DNA of 10,061 bases from Octopus sinensis (taxonomy: Eukaryota), in contig NW_021827681.1 of the NCBI RefSeq assembly GCF_006345805.1, positions 1 to 10,061 of the forward strand, written 5' to 3'. The translations under genes and the position numbers were made by a program. Below the pieces are notes generated by a model. The model was not told the origin of the DNA, made no database searches, and worked only from the letters and a program-made list of their open reading frames with translations. Each line of letters begins with the position of its first letter. Positions within the stretch are counted from its first letter, which is position 1. This document shows positions 1 through 7,432 of this stretch, piece after piece.

Positions 1-2
1 TC

Positions 3-5
3 TTT

Positions 6-35
<30 letters not shown>
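3..35. repeat. (TTC)n microsatellite
   Basis: Pure TTC run at the window start, grading into imperfect (TTA)n up to about 105. Confidence 0.95.
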
Positions 36-36
<1 letters not shown>

Positions 37-109
37 TTCTCATTATTATTTTATTTATTATTCATTATATATTATTATATTAGTATTATTATTATTATAT
101 TATTACATG

Positions 110-323
110 ATGGTCTCAGATTTTCGTATAAGACCAGCCGTTTCAGGGAAAGGACATACAAGATTACACATCGATTTCAGTTTTCACAAACAACAGGTAC
201 TTACTTTATCGATCCCGAAAAGATGAAAGGCAAGTCGAACTCAAGCGGAGCGGAATTTGAATTCAGATGAAATACCGCTCAGCATTTCGCCCGGCGTGCT
301 AACGATTCTGTCAACTCACCGCC
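110..323 (-). mobile_element. tRNA-derived SINE, family A (octopus-type), internally deleted copy
   Basis: The reverse complement of 196-323 matches the family A head and core (GGCGG..GTTAGCACGCCGGGCGAAATGC..TTCAAATTCC..CTTTCATC..TCGATAAA..AAGTACC). 110-195 resembles a degenerate tail and is less certain. Confidence 0.85.
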
Positions 324-324
324 T

Positions 325-446
325 TTAATAATAATAATAATAATAATATCATAATAATAATATACTAATAATAATATAATAATAAAAGTATAAATAGTAA
401 ATAATAATAATCATAAAAATAATATTAATATAATAATAAATAATAA

Positions 447-493
<47 letters not shown>

Positions 494-518
494 TAATAAT
501 GATAATAATAATAATAAT
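325..518. repeat. (AAT)n microsatellite, imperfect
   Basis: Long AAT run with interruptions; it explains the poly-Tyr/Ile ORF 349..636. Confidence 0.95.
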
Positions 519-886
519 GCACCATTTGTAGACTCAAGTGCAAAAGTGTATCTGTACTCCTATAATCAGGAACTGAACCGGAACTTTGTGGAATTTCATG
601 TTCTAAATCGCCAAGAAAAATAAAACACATACACAAATATGACAGCGTTTCATAAATAACCAGGTCGCATGTGTATATGATACTTGTTTACACTTTTTAA
701 AGCATGAAAAATCTGTGAAAATAAAATAGAGTTGATTATAACCGTATATCATTCATTTCTCGCTATCTCCACCTACGGCAGAATGTGCACTAACAAGAAA
801 TAGTTATCTCCATTGTATGGGTCTGTATTATTGGGCATACCTTACGTTAGCTTTATCAGCCATACTCTTTCTTGCTGGTTTAGGGT

Positions 887-1277
887 ATGATGGAAAATGG
901 TATTCATTTTAAAGTAAGGCGGGGAGCTGGCAGAAACGTTAGCACGCCGGGCGAAATGCGTAGCCGTATTTCGTCTGCCGTACGTTGTGAGTTCAAATAC
1001 CGCCGAGGTCGACTTTACCTTTCATCCTTTCGGGGTCGATAAATTAAGTACCGGATACGCACTGGGGTCGATGTAATCGACTTAATCCGTCTGTCTGTCC
1101 GTGTTTGTCTCCTCTGTGTTTAGCCCCTTGTGGGTAGTAAAAAAATAGGTATTCATTTTAAAGTTTTTTTCTAGATTGATCGCTTTCATCACAGCAAAAG
1201 GAGCTCAATTTATCTTTATAAAAATCTATGCAACTCATAGATGAGACCCTAACAGGTACTACCATACCACATCAGAA
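887..1277. repeat. Old unclassified interspersed repeat, copy 1, interrupted by the SINE at 916-1147
   Basis: 1171-1277 aligns without gaps to 5940-6046 (75/107 by hand count). 887-915 plus 1165 aligns to 5901-5930 (22/30). Confidence 0.7.
916..1147 (+). mobile_element. tRNA-derived SINE, family A, full length, tail type 1
   Basis: A-box-like TGGCAGAAACG and B-box-like GAGTTCAAAT. Perfect 17-bp TSD GGTATTCATTTTAAAGT at 899-915 and 1148-1164. Near-identical to the copies at 4049, 6148, 7016 and 9608. Confidence 0.93.
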
Positions 1278-1348
1278 GGGACCAATATCTATACATACAA
1301 AATTAATATAAGCAGCAGGCTGCAATATTTCCCCAAAGAAGAATTATA

Positions 1349-1606
1349 AGTGTCACTAAATGTGACTAGAGTATTAAGAAACACCCACATTGCTAAAAAT
1401 AAGAGCTAAAATACTCAAATACTGTAGTTAACTCACATTAATGAAAACAGTATTAAGAATTCTTGATCGGTATTTTTCAGGGTATTACGGTCCCTGTTAG
1501 TATATATGCTTTCGTTCATGTACGTTAACTTCAGCACTAGAGCATTTATCTCTTATTTTTAGCAATGTAGGTGTTTCTAAACACTCTAGTCACATTTAGT
1601 GACAAT
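1349..1606. mobile_element. MITE-like foldback element with long terminal inverted repeats
   Basis: 1351-1405 versus the reverse complement of 1550-1604 is 52/55 identical, with weaker complementarity continuing to about 1447/1510. Flanked by TA at 1347-1348 and 1607-1608. Confidence 0.75.
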
Positions 1607-1610
1607 TACA

Positions 1611-1826
1611 CATGTGTGTGTGTGTGTATGTGTGTGTGTGCGTGTGTGTATGTGTGTGTGCGTGTGTGCGTCCGCGTGCGTGTGCGCGCGCGCGTGTGTG
1701 TGTGTGTGCGTGTTTGTGTGTGTGTGTGTGCGTGTGTGTGTGTGCGTGTGTGTGTGTGCGTGTGCGTGTGTGTGCGTGTGTGTGTGTGTGTGCGTGTATA
1801 TGTTTGTGTGTTTGTGTATGTGTGTA

Positions 1827-1858
<32 letters not shown>

Positions 1859-1863
1859 TCTGT
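1611..1863. repeat. (TG)n/(CG)n alternating purine-pyrimidine microsatellite
   Basis: About 250 bp of TG interspersed with CG, including (CG)5 at 1685-1694. It explains the five overlapping VC/HT ORFs. Confidence 0.97.
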
Positions 1864-1944
1864 TTTGAAAGATTGCTGATGTAAAATCAAGTTTGAAACG
1901 CATATTGCTTTATTTCGGTGTGGTCATATATACTTGTTCTTCAC

Positions 1945-1968
1945 TATTATTATTATTATTATTATTAT
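1945..1968. repeat. (TAT)8 microsatellite
   Basis: Direct reading. Confidence 0.9.
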
Positions 1969-2115
1969 TTTAGCGGTTTTTGCCTTAAATCTATAGTCAC
2001 ACGTCCTGTGGCCTCGTCAGTGACTTTCCATGCAATGTCACTTTTGACCTGTGTAGCTATATGAACAAGGTCACTATAATATCAATAATGACCAATCTAA
2101 AGTAAACACACATAA

Positions 2116-2450
2116 ATCTACTGCGTGGCACTTTGGGCAAGTGTCTTCTGCTATAGCCCTGGGCCGACCAAAGCCTTGTGAGTGGATTTGGTAGACGGAA
2201 ACTGAAAGAACCCCATCGTGTATATATATATATATAAAATATATGTGTGTGTTCCAGTGCCGTCTCTTGATAACCGATGTTGGTGTGTTTACATCCCAAG
2301 AGACTGCTAGAATAAGTATTAGGTTTACAAAGAATAAGTCCTGGGGGTCGATTTCTTCGACTAAATCCCTTAAAGGCGGTGCTCCATCATGGCCGCCGCA
2401 GTCAAATGACTGAAACAAGTAAAAGAGAAAAAAAAGAGAATGAAAGGATA
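2116..2450 (+). mobile_element. 5'-truncated CORE-type SINE (octopus OR-like) with an internal (TA)/(TG) tract
   Basis: CTGCGTGGCACTTTGGGCAAGTGTCTT resembles the MIR/CORE motif (GACCTTGGGCAAGT). Internal (TA)n at about 2221-2235 and a purine-rich tail after GACTGAAACAAGTAAAAG. The body matches my recollection of an octopus SINE. No tRNA head or TSD seen. Confidence 0.75.
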
Positions 2451-2590
2451 AATGGTTACCAAGGTTCAATCAACAATCGTGAGATTATTCCAGTGCCAAC
2501 AAACACATAATCTCGGATTAAGAGAGCTGCGAACAGAAAAGTACAACTTTGATATTTGAAAACAAATTAATATGGGGACAATATTAAAAA

Positions 2591-2615
2591 TATATATATA
2601 TATATATATATATAT
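2591..2615. repeat. (TA)n microsatellite
   Basis: Direct reading. Confidence 0.9.
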
Positions 2616-2870
2616 TAAATAAAATATAGTATAATATGTTAGGTACATTGAATAGTGTCTGTGAGTAAACTTAGACAAATGTTGTAGTAATTGAATATCA
2701 TATTTGGTTACCGTTTGAATCACAAAGGAGTTCCATATCAGGGAAATGGGGAAAAATTTTATATAATTTCTTTTTTATGTTGTCTTATTTTTTTTATTTA
2801 GCTACTGGGTGTTCTCTTTTCTTTAATTATTTGTAATGCGGTAACAAACTAGAGCATTTAATAGTCCCTG

Positions 2871-2913
2871 CACACACACAAACACACGTACACACACATG
2901 CACACACACACAT
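2871..2913. repeat. (CA)n microsatellite, imperfect
   Basis: Direct reading. Confidence 0.9.
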
Positions 2914-3072
2914 ATGCTCGAACGTACACGACGTGCATACGCACATGCACGAAGTCAGAAATATGAAAGTAAGAGGCGAACACGTAATCCAACATACACG
3001 CACGCAGCCAGGCACGATTTTTATATTAATGCTTACATCCCTATATTAATCTATATGCATGCTCACGCAACC

Positions 3073-3128
3073 ATATATATATATATATATATATCTATAT
3101 ATATATATATATATATACATGTATATAT
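3073..3128. repeat. (AT)n microsatellite
   Basis: Direct reading. Confidence 0.92.
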
Positions 3129-3466
3129 GGGTACAGGACGTCGCAACATAAACAACATGAAATACGAAAACAAATGAATTCAATACGCAAACAACGAGAG
3201 AAACGAATGGAAAACAGGACAAGTAACCACAAATAAGATCCTTCATCAGTTGTCGACTGTCTATCTACTCCTCATTTCGAGCATTGAACGACAATATGAG
3301 TCTTCGAAGACAGTTGCTCCCATAAGTACCAAAATAAAATTTGGGATTTTTGGTGGGTCAAAATTGGGAACAAAAACTAGACTGTGAAGATATACGTGGA
3401 AACCACACATGGGTAGGCATGTAGGTAAGTAGTTAGCTACAAGCAAGACGGATGAATGGACAACCA

Positions 3467-3486
3467 GATAGATAGATAGATAGATC

Positions 3487-3552
<66 letters not shown>

Positions 3553-3595
3553 AATAATAGATAGATAGATGTGTTTGTGCGTGCATATGTGCGTA

Positions 3596-3648
<53 letters not shown>

Positions 3649-3682
3649 TATATATATATACATATATATACATATATATATA
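3467..3682. repeat. Compound microsatellite (GATA)n-(TG)n-(TA)n
   Basis: GATA 3467-3570, TG about 3570-3606, TA about 3606-3682. It explains ORFs 3433..3663 and 3437..3685. Confidence 0.96.
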
Positions 3683-4048
3683 CAAAATGCTTAGCTTAGT
3701 TCAAATTCCGACTTTCACTCTTTCGATAAAATAAGTACCAGTCAAGCACAAGGGTCGATATAATCCCCCGAAGTTGGTGGCCTTTTGCCAAAATGTTTAG
3801 TGGCGGTTTATTTGTTTTTTATGTTCTGAGTTCAAATTTCGTTGAGGTCAACTTTACCTTTCATCATTTCCATGTCAATGTAATATGTAGCAGGCAAATA
3901 ATAGAGTTGATGGAATCAACTTCTACTTGCCCTCAAAAACTGCTGCTCTTGTTTAGTAGTATTTTAATTGATTTTATGTTCTGAGTTAAAATTTCGTTTA
4001 GGTCATCTTTGCCTTTTATCATTTCGATGTTATTAAAATGTGTACCAT
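3683..4048 (+). mobile_element. Cluster of degenerate headless family A SINE units, head to tail
   Basis: B-box/core motif (A)GTT(C/A)AAATT at about 3699, 3828 and 3983, each followed by degenerate core and tail sequence. Confidence 0.75.
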
Positions 4049-4439
4049 AGGGCAGCGAGCTGGCAGAATCGTTAGCACGCCGGGCAAATGCTTAGCCGTA
4101 TTTCGTCTGTCTTTACGTTCTGAGTTCAAATTCCGTCGATATCGACTTTGCCTCTCATCCTTTCAGGGTTGATAAATTAAGTACCAGTTACGCACTGGGG
4201 TCGATGTAATCGACTTAATCCCTTTGTCTCTCCTTGTTCGTCCCCTCTGTGTGTAGCCCCTTGTGGGCAATAAAGAAATAAGAATTTCGTCTGTCTTTAC
4301 GTTCTGAGTTAAAATTCTACCGTTGTCGATTTTGCCTTTCATGCTTTCAGGGTCGATAAATGAAGTACCAATTGCGTCGATCTAATCGACTGGCCTCTCC
4401 CACCAAAATTTCGGCCCTTGTGCCTAGAGTAGAATAGAA
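4049..4439 (+). mobile_element. Dimeric family A SINE (head + core + tail 1 + core + tail 2)
   Basis: A single 15-bp TSD TAAAATGTGTACCAT (4034-4048 and 4440-4454) brackets both units. An identical 27-mer occurs at 4100-4126 and 4284-4310. Confidence 0.88.
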
Positions 4440-4454
4440 TAAAATGTGTACCAT

Positions 4455-4655
4455 GAAAATTTTGTGGTTGATGAATTCAATTTCTTCCCCTCAAAGAAAC
4501 CGTTGCTCTTGTGCAAAAATTTGAATCCATTACTAGTTCAAATTCCACCCAGGTCGACTACCTTTAATCCTTTCAGGGTCGATAAATTAAGTACCAGTAG
4601 TCGACTACACCCTCCTCCGAAGATACCGGCCTCGTACCAAAACTTTAAACCAATT
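4455..4655 (+). mobile_element. Remainder of the interrupted old SINE unit plus a further headless family A unit
   Basis: 4455-4528 resembles the tail at 3905-3950. 4535-4655 contains AGTTCAAATTCC..GGTCGACT..CCTTTCAGGGTCGATAAATTAAGTACCAG. Confidence 0.75.
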
Positions 4656-4928
4656 TACTACGAGTTGTCAATAATTATATGCGAGGATCCATTTACAGAA
4701 TTTTTTATTAATATCACATGAAATTAAATTCCAGCAGAAAATCCCAGATGTAATCTTTTGGTTTGCCTTTGTGTTTTAATTTACCCACATTTAATTTTTT
4801 TTTAGTTACTTCTTTTTTTTTATTTGTATTCACTAATTTATTATTATTTCTGCTTTCTTTACCCCGCCCCTACGGGATTTGCGTTTATATGAAGAATATA
4901 ATAAAATAATCGTATAATATATATATGA

Positions 4929-4932
<4 letters not shown>

Positions 4933-4989
<57 letters not shown>

Positions 4990-5029
4990 CATATATATAC
5001 TTACATACATATATAACTTACATACATAC

Positions 5030-5060
<31 letters not shown>

Positions 5061-5075
5061 ATATATATATATATA
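4933..5075. repeat. (TA)n/(TACA)n microsatellite
   Basis: Direct reading. Confidence 0.95.
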
Positions 5076-5210
5076 ATGTAGGTATTAAGTAAATGAAAAT
5101 ATATCTTGTTCTTCAGTGAATATATTGGCTCTCCTAGATCAAAAATATTTTGCTAAATTCTTAGAATATATATATTCATTTCCATAGGAAATATATATGA
5201 GCGCGTAAGT

Positions 5211-5268
5211 GTGCATGTGTGTGTGTGTGTGTGCGTGTATATGCGTATGTATGTGTGTGTTTGTGTAT
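5211..5268. repeat. (TG)n microsatellite, imperfect
   Basis: Direct reading. Confidence 0.85.
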
Positions 5269-5310
5269 TTATATCAACTACAGTAAATTTCTCAATACAG
5301 CCTCTTTGTA

Positions 5311-5334
5311 CAACACACACACACACACACACAC
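5311..5334. repeat. (CA)n microsatellite
   Basis: Direct reading. Confidence 0.9.
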
Positions 5335-5900
5335 ATTATCAAATTAAGCCATGCCGTTTTTTATTTATTCATTTTTTCATTTTTTTGTGTGTTTGTCTTA
5401 GATTTATTCCGTCTTTCAAAATGAATTCTTGTTTCTTCTTTCCTCTCTATTTGTTTTTTATATATTTTTTTTAGGATAAAAAAAACATCTATTGAATACA
5501 ATTAATGTTGAGTAGGCAAAAGGGCTTTGATATTAATTACGTCGAACTCGCAGAAATCAAACTTTCCAACCGTATATATCTGAAACGATCCCACTGACCA
5601 ACAAACGATTGCATTTTATGGTTGTTATTTTTCTAATGGCTGTTGTTGTTGTCGATGCTTCCTTATCGATTCGAAAATCTGACCATTAAAAGGCATTTCT
5701 GGAGATTAATTAGAACTAAGACGACATAGTGAGAACCAGATGGGAGCAGTGGGACATCTACGATGTCAGAAATCTCAAAAAAAGCAGTTATATATTTGTG
5801 ACTAATAGGAGAAACTGGGAAAGAGCATAACGAAGAGCGACGTAAGTTAATGAAAATTTACGTTTATCGTAACGTTTGTGGGAAGACAAACTTTTATGTC

Positions 5901-6147
5901 ATGCTGGAAGAGAATATTAATTTTGGAGTTTTCTTTCTCCTAGATTGATTTCTTTCACTGCAGCTGAAGAACCTCAATCGATTCTTACAAAAATCTGTTT
6001 AACCTATAAATGGGACCCCGACCGATACTACTGTTCTGGGTCAGAATGGTAAATAAGAGATGATTCTATGCAATCCACATTTCCAGAACTCCTGAACTGG
6101 AGTCTCATTATCGGGTGGAGTTTAATGCCAGACCCCAGGACATTACT
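5901..6147. repeat. Old unclassified interspersed repeat, copy 2
   Basis: About 70% gapless identity to 1171-1277. The extension from 6047 to 6147 rests on my recollection of an octopus repeat and is less certain. Confidence 0.65.
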
Positions 6148-6376
6148 ATATATATTTCTTTACTACCCACAAGAGGCTACACACAGAGGGAACAAACAAG
6201 GACAGACAAGTCGATTACGTCAACCCCAGTTACGCACTGGTACTTAATTTATCGATCCCGAAAGAATGACAGGCAAAGTCGACCTCGGCGGAATTTGAAC
6301 CCAGAACGTAACGGCAGACGAAATACGGCTACGTATTTCGCCCGGCGTGCTAACGTTTCTGCCAGCTCGCCGCCTT
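6148..6376 (-). mobile_element. tRNA-derived SINE, family A, full length, tail type 1
   Basis: The reverse complement matches the copy at 7016 (129/141 over head and core). 13-bp TSD CCAGGACATTACT at 6135-6147 and 6377-6389, extendable to 21 bp with one mismatch. Confidence 0.93.
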
Positions 6377-6410
6377 CCAGGACATTACTGTATATATGAG
6401 TGTTTTAGGC

Positions 6411-6867
6411 CAGTGGTTCCTAAGAGTTTTTTTCCTTTTTTGCAGCGCCCATTTTTAAATAATTTTTGCTTCTCACACTCACTTAAGTGGCGAGTGAGGT
6501 ATCACGACTAAACTAGCTTGACATGGATGATAACTTATAAAATTTACTTAAATGGAGTTCACAATATGCAAAGAAAACAAGCAAGACTACACGTTTGAAA
6601 AATTCTACTCAAGCCAGAAAAGTATAATTAAAAATTAATTATCTTGGATCAAACATGTTTTTAGCCAAGATATATACTTATCTCTCATTTTATTTTAATA
6701 ACCATAACTAATTTTATCACGTATAATATAATTACTACTACAGTTAAATTTACTATGTTATTTATATTACCTAACCCATTCCATCGCCGCCTCCTAAAGC
6801 CTAACGCCTCCTTCGACATACCCAGCGCTCCCCTGGGGGCGATTACCACCCATGATGAGAATTTCTG
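6411..6867. mobile_element. Possible degenerate hAT-like non-autonomous element
   Basis: The left end CAGTGGTTCCTAA and the right-end reverse complement CAGAAATTCTCAT each resemble hAT termini (CAG(T/A)GGTTC(C/T)CAA). GC-rich subterminal block at 6781-6850. The two ends match each other at only 7/13 and there is no 8-bp TSD. Confidence 0.3.
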
Positions 6868-7015
6868 ATGCATGAAATCCACGCAATCTAAACATAAAAT
6901 GGTAAATGTAAAATGGGTCACTGAGATGTTTTGCTGAATATTTTAGTGGGATATTTTGTGCTGTTTTGTGTTATGTCGATCTCTGATTCCTTAGTTATCG
7001 ATAATTACCAGATCA

Positions 7016-7247
7016 AGGGCAGCGAGCTGGCAGAAACGTTAGCACGCCGGGCGAAATGCTTAGCGGTATTTCGTCTGCCGCTACGTTCTGAGTTCAAATT
7101 CCGCCGAGGTCAACTTTGCCTTTCATCCTTTCGAGGTCGATAAATTAAGTACCAGTTACGCACTGGTGTCGATGTAATCGACTTAATCCTTTTGTCTGTC
7201 CTTGTTTGTCCCCTCCTTGTTTAGCCCCTGTGGGTAATAAAGAAACA
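7016..7247 (+). mobile_element. tRNA-derived SINE, family A, full length, tail type 1
   Basis: Perfect 16-bp TSD GATAATTACCAGATCA at 7000-7015 and 7248-7263. A/B-box-like motifs present. Confidence 0.93.
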
Positions 7248-7432
7248 GATAATTACCAGATCATCTGGGAATTTTACTTTCTATGAAATGACATCAAACT
7301 AAATGAATTTTGGTATATTTCAACAAAAATGATCTATTCAACAGCCATTACCAGCATCTTCGGAGTTTAAAACACAATTATAGTTCCAACTATGTTAATT
7401 AATAGTAAAGGTAAATTGTAATATCATTTTTC

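Noticed and set aside
349-636. ORF with poly-Tyr/Ile
   Set aside because: Translation of the (AAT)n microsatellite.
916-1010. tRNA gene, ribozyme or CRISPR-like interpretation of the repeated GC-rich unit
   Set aside because: The cloverleaf is not canonical, and copies are dispersed in both orientations with TSDs and tails, which fits SINEs. No hammerhead core (CTGATGA..GAAA) or repeat-spacer regularity is present.
1536-1548. 13-mer ACTAGAGCATTTA also found at 2848-2860
   Set aside because: The match does not extend, and a 13-mer match is expected by chance in 10 kb of AT-rich DNA.
1571-1903. Five overlapping VC- or HT-repeat ORFs
   Set aside because: TG/CA repeats contain no stop codons in any frame; artefact.
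2057-2469. Two minus-strand ORFs
   Set aside because: They lie over the CORE-type SINE and have no recognisable domain.
2703-2848. Short inverted match TTTGGTTACCG / CGGTAACAAA
   Set aside because: About 10 bp with an indel, no inward extension and no TSD.
2827-3685. Several short ORFs with YI, HT or YLSI repeats
   Set aside because: Mostly microsatellite read-through. The non-repeat ORF 3261..3446 has no recognisable features.
4862-4870. GC box CCCCGCCCC
   Set aside because: Isolated motif with no CpG island or other promoter context.
5806-5847. Possible micro-exon between AG (about 5808) and GTAAGT (5842-5847)
   Set aside because: Weak polypyrimidine tract and no recognisable peptide; not supportable without RNA data.
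6530-6670. Peptide fragments NLLKWSSQY and INYLGS reminiscent of LINE reverse-transcriptase C-termini
   Set aside because: Too short, interrupted by stops, and lacking other RT motifs such as YADD.
6115-7143. ORFs 6115..6399, 6685..6921 and 6931..7143
   Set aside because: Two run through SINE copies and the third through a putative MITE end. None has a protein signature.
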